Assembly (NCBI GenBank): GCA_963718525.1
Contig: OY970355.1
Location: 1,376,001 to 1,440,000, forward strand
Source: Candidatus Dormiibacterota bacterium
GTDB lineage: Bacteria; Chloroflexota; Dormibacteria; Aeolococcales; Aeolococcaceae
Direction of reading: 5' to 3'
Length of the DNA: 64,000 nt
The notes beneath the pieces were generated by a model that saw nothing but the letters and a program-made list of their open reading frames with translations, made no database searches and was not told where the DNA came from. A program made the translations under genes and the position numbers. Every line of letters begins with the position of its first letter. The stretch's first letter is position 1. Of this stretch, positions 29,690-39,053 are shown one piece after another.

Positions 29690-30906
29690 TCCAGTTTCCG
29701 GAGGTTGCGCGGCCGGAGGTGACCGTGGTCATGCTCACCTATAACCGCTGGGATCTCACCAAGGAAGCGCTCCGGCTGCTCGCCGAGGTCACCGAACCGC
29801 GCTACGAGGTCGTGATCGTCGACAACGCCTCAACCGACGGCACCCTCGGCGAGCTCGACCATGTCAGCGGGGCGCGCATCCTTCGCAATCCGCGCAATCT
29901 CGGCTTTGGTCCCGGCAACAACCAGGGCGCCGCCATCGCCAGGGGCCGGTACCTGCTCCTGCTCAACAGCGACGCGTGGGTCAGACCGGGGTGGCTCGAG
30001 CCTCTGATCGACGTGCTCGATGCCGATCCCGGGGTGGCTGCGGTCGCCCCGAAGCTGCTCTACCCGGATGGCCGGCTCCAGGAAGCGGGTTCCATCCTCT
30101 GGCGCGACGCCAGAGTCCGCCAGTACGGCGACGGCGATATTCCCAACCGCCCCGAGTACAGCTTCCGCAGGACGGTCGACTACGCGTCAGCAGCGTGTCT
30201 GCTGATCCGCCGCTCCGCGTTCATTGCGGTCGGTGGATTCGATCCCCGATTCGCGCCGGTCTACTGCGAGGACGTCGACCTCTGCCTCGCTCTCGGGGCA
30301 GGACCTGGCCGGGTTGTCTACCAGCCTCGATCGGTGGTGGAACACGTCCGCGGCGCCTCCAGCAACGGCGGAGTTCAGGGCGCCCGAATCGAACGCAACC
30401 GCCGCCTGCTCCGCGCGCGCTGGCGTGAGCTCCTCGACCGCCGGCCCCCTGAGAGCTGGCGTGTCGAGCCGACCGCGATCGCCGGCGGGCGCGACGCCAT
30501 GACCTGCGAGCGAGTCCTCGTGCTCACCGGTCAGAGACCCGACGCCGCCGGCACCGCCGAGCAGCGCCGGCTGCACTCCCTGGTCGGCGCTGCCGCGCGC
30601 CGCTGGTCCGAGGCCCGCTGGTCGGTCGCCTCGCTCGACGGCGAGCCGGTCACGAGACCCGACGCCATGGGGGACGCCGGGATCGAAGCCGTCACCGCCG
30701 TGGATTCGTGGGACGAATGGCTCGCCGGTCGCCGGTACCACTACGGCATCGTCGCCCTGGCTGATCCACGTTGGGAGACGGGTCCGCTGGGCGCGCTTTT
30801 GGAGGCCACTCAGCCACAGGCGGTGCGAGTTTCCATGACCGAACGGGTCGATCTCGGAGCCACGGCGATTGCTCTTGGCCGCCCCGATCCGGGCATTCGG
30901 GCGTAG
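29668..30906 (+). CDS. GT2 glycosyltransferase (rhamnosyltransferase-like)
   Basis: VDNASTDGT, NLGF..GNNQG, LLNSD, GGFD.RF...YCEDVDLC. Confidence 0.9.
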   Translation: MAATSNVIQFPEVARPEVTVVMLTYNRWDLTKEALRLLAEVTEPRYEVVIVDNASTDGTLGELDHVSGARILRNPRNLGFGPGNNQGAAIARGRYLLLLNSDAWVRPGWLEPLIDVLDADPGVAAVAPKLLYPDGRLQEAGSILWRDARVRQYGDGDIPNRPEYSFRRTVDYASAACLLIRRSAFIAVGGFDPRFAPVYCEDVDLCLALGAGPGRVVYQPRSVVEHVRGASSNGGVQGARIERNRRLLRARWRELLDRRPPESWRVEPTAIAGGRDAMTCERVLVLTGQRPDAAGTAEQRRLHSLVGAAARRWSEARWSVASLDGEPVTRPDAMGDAGIEAVTAVDSWDEWLAGRRYHYGIVALADPRWETGPLGALLEATQPQAVRVSMTERVDLGATAIALGRPDPGIRA

Positions 30907-30951
30907 GTGCGTTAGAGTTTCGATCCCGAGGCGATTACTACGGAGGCACTC

Positions 30952-31725
30952 ATGAAGGTCGTCGTCTGCGTCAAGCAGATCCCCGACCCGAACACGACCG
31001 GCCAGCTCGATCCGACCACGCACCTGCTCAAACGCGACGGCGTAGAGGTGGTGCTCGATCCCGGCGATGAGTTCGGCGTCGAAGCGGGACTGCAGCTCGT
31101 CGAGGCCCAGGGCGGCGAGGTGACCGTGGTGTCGATGGGTCCTGAGCGCGGCATCGACGCGGTCCGCAAGGCCCTGGCGATGGGCGCGTCCAAGGGCATT
31201 CTGATCTCCGACGACGCACTGCGCGGCTCCGATGCGCTCACCACGGCGCGGGTCCTGGCGGCTGCGATCCGGCGCGAGGGTTTCGACCTCGTGATCACCG
31301 CCACCGAATCGACGGACGGCTATACAGGCGTGGTCCCGCAGATGGTCGCGGAACTCCTCGACGTCCCAGCCGTGACCTTCGCGAAGACCCTCGAGGTCGA
31401 CGGTTCGACCCTCAAGGTCAAGCGGCAGACCGAGGCAGGCTACGACCTCGTCGAGGCGGGCCTTCCGGCTGTCGTCAGCGTGACCGCCGGCGTCAACGAG
31501 CCGCGCTACCCGTCTCTCAAAGGAATCATGGGCGCCAAGTCGAAGCCGCTCGATCGCCTCACATCGGGCGATCTGGGCCTTGACGGCGCCGGTGGCGGCA
31601 GCGCCGGCCAGAGCATCACGAGTGTCGAGCCGGCACCCCAGCGAGCCTCAGGATCGATCGTGAAGGACGATGGCGAGGGGTACAAGCGCATCGCCGACTT
31701 CCTCGCTGACAGGAAGGTGATCTGA
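30952..31725 (+). CDS. etfB: Electron transfer flavoprotein beta subunit
   Basis: VCVKQIPD, ALAMGA, NEPRYPSLKGIM.AK. Confidence 0.95.
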   Translation: MKVVVCVKQIPDPNTTGQLDPTTHLLKRDGVEVVLDPGDEFGVEAGLQLVEAQGGEVTVVSMGPERGIDAVRKALAMGASKGILISDDALRGSDALTTARVLAAAIRREGFDLVITATESTDGYTGVVPQMVAELLDVPAVTFAKTLEVDGSTLKVKRQTEAGYDLVEAGLPAVVSVTAGVNEPRYPSLKGIMGAKSKPLDRLTSGDLGLDGAGGGSAGQSITSVEPAPQRASGSIVKDDGEGYKRIADFLADRKVI

Positions 31726-31728
31726 CCG

Positions 31729-32706
31729 ATGGCCCTGGACAAGATCTGGGTGTTCGCCGAGGTCGCGGGCGGGAAACCGGCGCCCGTCGCACTCGAACTC
31801 CTGACCAAGGCGAGATCGCTCGGTGGCACCGTCGAGGCCGTCGCCTTTGCGCCGGACGCAGCCGATGCCGCCGGTGAGCTGGGTGCTCACGGGGCGTCGA
31901 CCCTGTACGCGGGGACCGATCCTCTGTGGGGCGAGCTGCTCCTCGGCGGTCCTGCGGCCGATGCGCTGGCGACCCTGATCGAGGAGCACAAACCCGACCT
32001 GATCCTCTTCGGGATGACGTACAACTCCCGCGATGTCGCCGGCCGCCTGGCTGCGAAGCTCGGTGTCCCGGTGATCGCCAACGGCATCGACGTGAGCGAT
32101 TCGGACGGGATCTCGGTGCAGTCGTCCGTCTTCGGCGCCACCCAGAATGTGGCGACCCGTTTCGAGGGAGGTCCCCCGGCGATCGCGATCCTCCGGCCAA
32201 AGTCGTTCGCGGCCGAGCCGACTGGAGGAGCTGCCGCTGCGGTAACGCCCGTGACCTCGCCCATCGCCGACAAGCACAAGACGGTCCGCGTGACTGACCG
32301 TGTCGCCGATGTGGCCGCTGGTCCAAAGCTCGAGGAGGCGCCGATCGTGATCAGCGGTGGGCGCGGTCTCGGCGATCCAAAGAATTTCGAGCTCCTCGAC
32401 CAGCTTGCGGCGGTGCTCGGAAATGCAGCGGTCGGCGCGAGCAGAGCAGTTGTCGACGCCGGATGGGTCCCCTATGCCATGCAGGTCGGGCAGACCGGCA
32501 AGACAGTCAAGCCCGCCGTGTACCTCGCGTTCGGCATCAGCGGCGCGATGCAGCACACCGTCGGAATGAAGGGCGCGAAAGCAATTGTTGCGGTCAATCG
32601 AGACGAGAACGCGCCGATCTTCAAGCTGGCCGACCTCGGAGTGGTGGGCGATGCCCTGAAGGTGCTCCCCGCACTCGTCGAAGAGTTGCAAAGGCGCCGG
32701 TCGTGA
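31729..32706 (+). CDS. etfA: Electron transfer flavoprotein alpha subunit
   Basis: SGGRG, GASRAVVDAGW, QVGQTGK, GISGAMQH. Confidence 0.95.
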   Translation: MALDKIWVFAEVAGGKPAPVALELLTKARSLGGTVEAVAFAPDAADAAGELGAHGASTLYAGTDPLWGELLLGGPAADALATLIEEHKPDLILFGMTYNSRDVAGRLAAKLGVPVIANGIDVSDSDGISVQSSVFGATQNVATRFEGGPPAIAILRPKSFAAEPTGGAAAAVTPVTSPIADKHKTVRVTDRVADVAAGPKLEEAPIVISGGRGLGDPKNFELLDQLAAVLGNAAVGASRAVVDAGWVPYAMQVGQTGKTVKPAVYLAFGISGAMQHTVGMKGAKAIVAVNRDENAPIFKLADLGVVGDALKVLPALVEELQRRRS

Positions 32707-34433
32707 GCACTGCGCTGGAGCGTTTGCAATTGGCCGACAGTCCGCTGGCGCCGAAATTCGCGGGTATACTCGGGTCTGCGATGGACGACAAGGTGATTGT
32801 CGACCTTCTGGGCCAGGTCGGAAATCTTTTCACGTCGAGTCTGGAGCTGAAGGAGACGATCGACTTCATGCTCAAGGCCGCCGCCGATCTCGTCGACTGC
32901 GACGCCGCCACAGTCTTCCTGCTTGAGGAGGACGGCCGCGCCCTGTCCGCGATCGCGACGTACCCATTCACCGACAACCTCGGTCAGGTTGCCCGGTTCG
33001 AGCTCGGTGAGGGCATCGTCGGATGGGCTGCGCAACGCCGCAAACTCGTCTCCGTCGCCGATGCCACCAAGGACCGGCGCTTCAAAACGCTCGGCCTCGC
33101 ATACGCCCCTCGCTCGTGCCTGGTGATGCCACTCGAGTCCCCACAGCGCCTCGTCGGGGCCCTGACACTGGCTCGGCGCGAGGTGCAGCCCTTCACCAGC
33201 ATCGAACAGGCATTGATGCGGATCATCGCGAGCCAGGCGGCAATCAGCATCGACAACGCGAGGCTGTACACGGCGCAGCGGGCACAGCTCGGCGAGATCG
33301 CCACCCAGAAGCGTGAGGTCGAGGTCGCCAATGCGCAGATCGCGGAGATCTCACGGCTGAAGAGCGAGTTCCTGGCCAACATGAGCCATGAGTTGCGCAC
33401 GCCGCTCAACGCCATCCTGGGGTTCAGCGAAATCCTCAAGGACAACCTGGTGGACCTGACGCCGCAGCAGCGTCAGGAGTGCCTCCAGAACATTCACGCA
33501 TCGGGAAAGCACCTGCTCGAGCTGGTCAACGACGTGCTCGATCTGAGCAAGATCGAGGCGGGTCGTATGGAGCTCGCCTACGATCGCTTCGGCGTGCAGG
33601 ATGCGGTCAAAGAGGTCCATAACGTCATTCGCTCCCTGAGCGAGCGGCGCGACATCGACCTCAGCATCGACGTGGTGCCGGCTCATCTCGAGATCCGCGC
33701 CGATAAGAGCAAGTTCAAGCAGGTGCTGTACAACCTGCTGAGCAACGCGATCAAGTTCACGCCGCAGGGCGGCAAGGTCTGGGTATCGGCACGAGCCGAC
33801 AGCGAGAACCTGATCGTCGATGTCGGCGACACCGGCGTCGGCATCCCGGCCGAGCACCACAAGCGGATCTTCGACGAGTTCTATCAGCTCGATCATGCGA
33901 CCACCCGGCAGGTCGAGGGCACCGGCCTCGGACTGTCATTGACCCGCCGGCTCGTGGAGCTCCATGGTGGCGACATCTCGCTCGAGAGTGATCCTGGCCG
34001 GGGCTCCGTCTTCACGTTCCGGCTACCTCTGGCAGGAATTGAGGTGCTCAACGGACACCAGCACAATCGGATCCTGCTCGTCGAGGACAACGCGAGCAAC
34101 CGGGACCTGGCCAAGATGGTGCTGCTCGGCAGTGGGTTCGAGGTCGACATCGCAGTCGATGGTGAGGAGGGGCTCCACAAGGTGCGGTCCAAGGTCTACG
34201 ATCTCGTGCTCATGGACGTGGAGTTGCCTGGCATGGACGGGTTGACTCTCACCCGCATGCTCAAGGCGGATCCCAAGACGTCAGGCGTCCCCGTCGTCGC
34301 ATTGACCGCGAATGCGATGAAGGGCAATGAACAGGAAGCTCTCGCAGCCGGTTGCTCCGGCTACATCACCAAACCAATTGAGGTGGCCAACTTCGTGAAG
34401 CGCATCTCCACATTCATCGAGGTGCCTGTCTGA
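32703..34433 (+). CDS. Soluble hybrid histidine kinase (GAF-HisKA-HATPase-REC)
   Basis: GAF domain (GEGIVGW, IDNARLY), FLANMSHELRTPLN, NLLSNAIKF, GTGLGL, receiver LMDVELPGMDG. Confidence 0.93.
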   Translation: MSTALERLQLADSPLAPKFAGILGSAMDDKVIVDLLGQVGNLFTSSLELKETIDFMLKAAADLVDCDAATVFLLEEDGRALSAIATYPFTDNLGQVARFELGEGIVGWAAQRRKLVSVADATKDRRFKTLGLAYAPRSCLVMPLESPQRLVGALTLARREVQPFTSIEQALMRIIASQAAISIDNARLYTAQRAQLGEIATQKREVEVANAQIAEISRLKSEFLANMSHELRTPLNAILGFSEILKDNLVDLTPQQRQECLQNIHASGKHLLELVNDVLDLSKIEAGRMELAYDRFGVQDAVKEVHNVIRSLSERRDIDLSIDVVPAHLEIRADKSKFKQVLYNLLSNAIKFTPQGGKVWVSARADSENLIVDVGDTGVGIPAEHHKRIFDEFYQLDHATTRQVEGTGLGLSLTRRLVELHGGDISLESDPGRGSVFTFRLPLAGIEVLNGHQHNRILLVEDNASNRDLAKMVLLGSGFEVDIAVDGEEGLHKVRSKVYDLVLMDVELPGMDGLTLTRMLKADPKTSGVPVVALTANAMKGNEQEALAAGCSGYITKPIEVANFVKRISTFIEVPV

Positions 34434-35131
34434 TGAGCGGGGCAGGGAAGACCATCCTTATCGTCGAGGACGACCCACCGAGTTGCGAGGTCGTGCGCCT
34501 TGCGACCAGCGCGCAGAACCACACGCTCATCGAAGCAGCAACCGGCGTTGAGGGACTCAACCTCGCGCGCGAGCAGAACCCGGACCTGATCATCCTCGAT
34601 GTCAACCTCCCCGGTATGAGCGGACTCGACGTGTGCCGGCGCCTTCGCGCCGAGGGTGCGCGCGTGCCGATCATCATGCTCACCGCGAAGAGCGACACGA
34701 TTGATGTGGTCGTCGGGCTCGAGCTCGGTGCGGACGATTACGTGACCAAGCCATTCGAAGTTCGCGAGCTCATGGCGCGCATCGGAGCGCATCTGCGCCG
34801 CAGCGAGATCTCCGCACAGGAGCAGCCGCGCGACCGCTTCGAATTCCCGGGCCTGACCATCGATCTCGGACGCCGCCAGGTCTTCCGCGATGGTGAGGAA
34901 GTGATGCTCACGCTGACCGAGTTCAACCTCCTCGCGCTGCTCGCGTCGCGTCCTGGTCAGGTCATGAGCCGTGGTGAGCTGCTGCGACGCGTCTGGGGCT
35001 ACGAGGTCGAGATCGAGACCCGCACCGTCGACGCGCACGTCTACCGTCTGCGTCGCAAAATCGAGCCCGACGCGGAGAAGCCGACGTACATCCACTCGGT
35101 GCCTGGGATCGGGTACCGGTTCTCCGGGTGA
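34433..35131 (+). CDS. OmpR/PhoB-family response regulator
   Basis: ILDVNLPG, GADDYVTKPF, RTVDAHVYRLRRKIE. Confidence 0.95.
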   Translation: MSGAGKTILIVEDDPPSCEVVRLATSAQNHTLIEAATGVEGLNLAREQNPDLIILDVNLPGMSGLDVCRRLRAEGARVPIIMLTAKSDTIDVVVGLELGADDYVTKPFEVRELMARIGAHLRRSEISAQEQPRDRFEFPGLTIDLGRRQVFRDGEEVMLTLTEFNLLALLASRPGQVMSRGELLRRVWGYEVEIETRTVDAHVYRLRRKIEPDAEKPTYIHSVPGIGYRFSG

Positions 35132-35158
35132 GGCTTCGCTGAGGACACCTCAGCGCGG

Positions 35159-35279
35159 AAGGAGGGGAGATCGTCCGGGCCGCTGCTCAGCTTGCCCGCT
35201 CGCTCGTTCGCGCAAGTAAATTTTCGCGCTCTCTCGCTCGCTCACAAATTCGCTGCGGCCCGGACGATCTCCCCTCCTT
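35159..35279 (-). repeat. Long hairpin element, copy 1 (25-bp perfect inverted arms around a conserved core)
   Basis: AAGGAGGGGAGATCGTCCGGGCCGC (35159-35183) is the exact reverse complement of 35255-35279. Confidence 0.9.
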
Positions 35280-35324
35280 AGAGTGCGTTGTGCCGTCGCT
35301 CCGCGGCGTCGCTAGGATCTGGGT

Positions 35325-35840
35325 GTGCGGCAGGTCGAGAGCAAGTTTCGGTGGAGTGACCACGAGGTTGTGCTTGCGCGCGCCCTCGAAGCCGGAGCCA
35401 GCGACGAGGGTCTCCTCCTGCAGCATGACCAGTTCTACGGTGTGTCGACGGGTCGGCTGAAGCTTCGGACCATTGCGGGCGCAGGCGGGGAGTTGATTGC
35501 GTATGACCGCGAGGACATTGCTGCGGCCCGGGCGTCTGACTACGGACTGTTCTCAACCGGTGATGCTGAGCTGCTTGATGAGGTGCTCGGACGGGCACTC
35601 GTGAGAACGGGGTCGCTAGAGAAGACGCGTCACCTGCTCATCCTTCGCAACACGCGCATCCACCTCGACGACGTCGTCGGCTTCGGCCGTTTCGTCGAGC
35701 TGGAGACGGCGATTCATGATCAGTCAGAGACCGACGCAGCTACCGAACATGACGACGTGATCGCCTTGCTCGGCCTCCGTGACGCGGAGCCAATCGCGGT
35801 CGGGTACATAGACCTGGACAAGGTCAACCGGGCCTCCTAA
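35325..35840 (+). CDS. CYTH-domain protein (class IV adenylate cyclase/triphosphatase-like)
   Basis: VESK (ExK), GRLKLR, KTR, RIHLDDV..FGRFVELE, GYIDL. Confidence 0.9.
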   Translation: MRQVESKFRWSDHEVVLARALEAGASDEGLLLQHDQFYGVSTGRLKLRTIAGAGGELIAYDREDIAAARASDYGLFSTGDAELLDEVLGRALVRTGSLEKTRHLLILRNTRIHLDDVVGFGRFVELETAIHDQSETDAATEHDDVIALLGLRDAEPIAVGYIDLDKVNRAS

Positions 35841-35959
35841 GCCGCGCACCGACCGGGCAAGTCACTCCGCGGCCTCTAGCGTTGGACCTACTGCTCCGCA
35901 GCGTTGCTCGGCGGCGCTGCGCAGGATTCAGCACAGGGCAAATGGCGCAACAGGTGTAA

Positions 35960-36078
35960 GGCGGGAGGGGGCGGGCGGCGCCCAGCGAATTTGGCAGCTC
36001 CCGAGTGAGCGCGACAATGTGCTTGCGCGAACGAGGGAGCGGCCAAGCTGAGCACGGCGCCGCCCGCCCCCTCCCGCC
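35960..36078 (+). repeat. Long hairpin element, copy 2 (23-bp perfect inverted arms), inverted relative to copy 1
   Basis: GGCGGGAGGGGGCGGGCGGCGCC (35960-35982) pairs with 36056-36078; core 35983-36054 matches the reverse complement of 35184-35255 at 61/72 positions. Confidence 0.9.
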
Positions 36079-36103
36079 AAACCACAAGCCGCCCGCTAAG
36101 CCC

Positions 36104-36928
36104 TCAGTAGATGAACCCAACAATGGCCGAGTCAGATGTCGAAATGGTGCGGTAGTCCACGCGCCCCCATCCTCCGCCGTCGGCGCGGTAGTTCATCTCG
36201 GAGATCTCGAAGGTGCCATCGAGATTCACGTGTTCCACGTAGGCGACGTGGCCGACCCAGCCGATGTTGAAGACGACGATGGCTCCCTCGACGGGGACGT
36301 GGCCCTCGGGGCGCTTGCCGCGCGCAGCCCGCCACCAGGCGATGGCATTACCGCTCCAGTTAACGGCGCGACGGGTGGCCACGTAGTACGTGCACTGACC
36401 GAAGGGAAAACCGTCGTGGAGGGGAATCTGCGGAGGAACCGACGGGACGCCGTTCTGCGCGTCCACGAAGTAGGAGGAGATCAGCGACCCCGATGGCGCT
36501 CGGGACAGCGGCACCTGGAGGTAGGAACCGCCCAGCATCGGTGAGTTGCTGCTCAATGCGTTGTAGTCGAGGATCACCGCTGGGTCGAGATGGAGACGGG
36601 CGGCGAACTCGGTGGGGGTCTCGCTGGGACGCACCTCGACCAGCGCACCAGGCCCCGGCGGGATCAGCAATGTGGACCCTGCCCTCGGCGCGACGTAGGG
36701 GGTGAGCTGGTTTCCCCACTGGATCGTCGAGGTGGGGACGTCATAGGCGGCCGAGAGGGTGGCGAGCGTCTGTCCTGACTGGACCACAACAGTCTTCACC
36801 GGCTCGACGGCCAGCGCGGTCACCGCTGTGGCGTTCTCGACCACCGCGTTGATCTGGATGGCGGCGAGGTTGCGAAGCATCGGGGCAGCCGGAACCTGAG
36901 CCGGCCGGGCCACGAGCACGACGAGCAC
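36104..36928 (-). CDS. LysM + CHAP domain peptidoglycan hydrolase
   Basis: VQSGQTL LysM-like; GQCTYY (Cys), GNA..W, GHVAYVE (His), ISEMNY; true start probably upstream. Confidence 0.88.
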   Translation of the reverse strand: MLVVLVARPAQVPAAPMLRNLAAIQINAVVENATAVTALAVEPVKTVVVQSGQTLATLSAAYDVPTSTIQWGNQLTPYVAPRAGSTLLIPPGPGALVEVRPSETPTEFAARLHLDPAVILDYNALSSNSPMLGGSYLQVPLSRAPSGSLISSYFVDAQNGVPSVPPQIPLHDGFPFGQCTYYVATRRAVNWSGNAIAWWRAARGKRPEGHVPVEGAIVVFNIGWVGHVAYVEHVNLDGTFEISEMNYRADGGGWGRVDYRTISTSDSAIVGFIY

Positions 36929-37032
36929 CGCCGCTGTGGCGATGACCCAGAGGTGCCGTATTAACCGATGAACGTGGGTCGCGATCGCAACTCCCCTCGG
37001 TCGTTCAGTGATACAGGCGATGCCGGGGGTGA

Positions 37033-38142
37033 ATGAGCCCCGCTTCCCCGGTGACCGCGGGACCGTACCAAAACCAGCTTGTCGGCGTCAAAGTGAGCGC
37101 GGTGAACGACCCGGCTCCTCCTGTGCTCGCGACGGCCTGGCGAGGAACCGTCGTCGAGGCTCGAATCCGGGGCCACGTAGCTGTGGTCGATGGCGCAGGT
37201 CGGGTGCTGAGCTCCCTCGGAGCGCCCGACGCCGAGACGACCCTGCGCAGCTGCGTCAAGCCGCTCCAGGCACTTCCATTCCTCCGTCTCGCGGCTGACC
37301 GACTGGAGGTGGGCGACGCTGAGATCGCGATTGCTTGTGCGTCGCACCAGGGCGAGGATGAGCACGTCGCGGCGGTCCGCGGCTTGCTCGTCAAAGCGCG
37401 CGTCCCCGAGGAAGCGCTGCGCTGCGGACCACAACTTCCTTCCGACGAGAGCTCGGCTCGCCGCCTGCTTGCCTCCGGTCAGACGCCCAGACGCATCCAC
37501 AACAACTGCTCGGGGAAGCACGCCGCGATGCTGGCGACGTGCTCGGTCATGGGATGGCCACTGGACGGCTACATGGATCCCTCCCACCCATGCCAGCAGG
37601 CGGTCAGCGCGGCGCTGGAGGAGATGCTCGGCGTTGCGCTGAATACGATCCCGCGTGGTATCGACGGGTGCGGCCTGACCACCTATGGACCAGCCCTCGC
37701 GTCCATAGCCCGGGGGTTTGCGGTCGCGAGATCCGACGCCGCCTTCAGACGAGCGCAGGATGCGATGGCGGCGCACCCGTTCCTGGTTGCGGGGACAGGG
37801 CGATTCGACACCGCGCTGCTCGAGGTGGCAGGCGCTCGGCTCACCGCCAAGATCGGTGGCGCGGGCGTATGGGCGGCGGTGGTGCGGCCCAACGGACCCG
37901 GCATCGCGATCAAGCTCGAAGCGGGCGCCGGCGAGGCGATACCGGTGGTCGCGACCGCGGTCCTCCAACGCCTGGAGGTGCTACCGCGCGACCTCCCAGA
38001 CAGGCTCCTTCCGTTCGGGAAAGTCAGGCTGCGTAATTGGGCTGGCCGCGACGTGGGGGAGATCCGGCCCGAGCTGCCTGCCATGCCATCAACTGGTTTT
38101 CACCGAGACTCGATGCCGGTGTATCGTTCGCTGCAGGAATAG
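37033..38142 (+). CDS. L-asparaginase II (Rhizobium etli AnsA-type)
   Basis: RSCVKPLQA, ASHQGE, HNNCSGKH, IDGCG, AGTGRFDT; start uncertain. Confidence 0.9.
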   Translation: MSPASPVTAGPYQNQLVGVKVSAVNDPAPPVLATAWRGTVVEARIRGHVAVVDGAGRVLSSLGAPDAETTLRSCVKPLQALPFLRLAADRLEVGDAEIAIACASHQGEDEHVAAVRGLLVKARVPEEALRCGPQLPSDESSARRLLASGQTPRRIHNNCSGKHAAMLATCSVMGWPLDGYMDPSHPCQQAVSAALEEMLGVALNTIPRGIDGCGLTTYGPALASIARGFAVARSDAAFRRAQDAMAAHPFLVAGTGRFDTALLEVAGARLTAKIGGAGVWAAVVRPNGPGIAIKLEAGAGEAIPVVATAVLQRLEVLPRDLPDRLLPFGKVRLRNWAGRDVGEIRPELPAMPSTGFHRDSMPVYRSLQE

Positions 38143-38214
38143 TTGATATGGATGTCAATTTCCGGACGACCGGTACGTATGAGGCATTCGCCTCGCCGAG
38201 GAGCGTAGAGATCG

Positions 38215-38628
38215 GTGCCTGATCAGAGCCACGTCGGCCGGCGCTACTCCGCGCCCGGCCAGCGCATCGCCCCGGAAGCCGCGCGTGCGGTGGCCTCTGC
38301 GATCGCCGGCAGAGACCCGGTTCGCGAGGTCGAGGCCGTGCCCCCGACGTTCGCAGCCGTCTACTGTCTCGGGCCGGCGCTCGCGCAGCTGTTCAGCGAT
38401 GAGGAGGTCGGCATCGACCTTGCCGGGCTCATCCATGGCGAGCAGTCATTCGAATGGCCGGCGCAGGTGCATCCGGGCGATGTGGTTGACGCCACTGCCG
38501 AGATCACCGGTATCGATACCAAGCGGGGAATGACCTTCGTGCGCCTGGCGATGGAGGCAACCCGTCCCGCCGACGACACGGTGGTCTGCCGGGCGACCTC
38601 ACTCATGATCGTTCGAGCACCTGCGTGA
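38215..38628 (+). CDS. MaoC-like hot-dog dehydratase subunit (HadA-type)
   Basis: PPTFA, LIHGEQSF..PGD. Confidence 0.85.
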   Translation: MPDQSHVGRRYSAPGQRIAPEAARAVASAIAGRDPVREVEAVPPTFAAVYCLGPALAQLFSDEEVGIDLAGLIHGEQSFEWPAQVHPGDVVDATAEITGIDTKRGMTFVRLAMEATRPADDTVVCRATSLMIVRAPA

Positions 38629-39041
38629 CGGCGCCGGCGGCGTTCCAGGTCGCGGTCGGCGACGCGGTGACACCCTTCTCCAGGACGGTCACCCAGGAAC
38701 AGATCAACGCCTACGCGGACGCGTCAGGGGACCACAACCCGATCCACCTCGATGCCGATTTCGCTCGATCCGTCGGTCTGCCAGGGACGATCGCTCACGG
38801 TCTGCTCGAGATGGGCATCCTCGCCGACGCCATCGCGTCGTGGGCGGGCGGCAATGAGCACCTGCTCAGCCTTTCGTGCCGGTTCAGCAAGCCGTTGCTG
38901 CCCGGAGACACGATCATCTGCACCGGAACCGTCACCAGCGTCGACGATGCGGGTACCGCCACCCTTGAGGTGGGGGCCTCCTCGGATCGCGGCGACCGCG
39001 TATTGACCAACGGCCGGGCAACAGTCCGGTTCTCACGCTAA
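38625..39041 (+). CDS. MaoC family dehydratase (HadB/PhaJ-type)
   Basis: YADASGDHNPIHLD, IAHG. Confidence 0.92.
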   Translation: MTAPAAFQVAVGDAVTPFSRTVTQEQINAYADASGDHNPIHLDADFARSVGLPGTIAHGLLEMGILADAIASWAGGNEHLLSLSCRFSKPLLPGDTIICTGTVTSVDDAGTATLEVGASSDRGDRVLTNGRATVRFSR

Positions 39042-39053
39042 GGGGGTACGAAC

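Noticed and set aside
35159-36078. CRISPR array or intact IS interpretation of the hairpin repeats
   Set aside because: Only two inverted copies; no spacer array, cas gene, transposase or evident target-site duplication.
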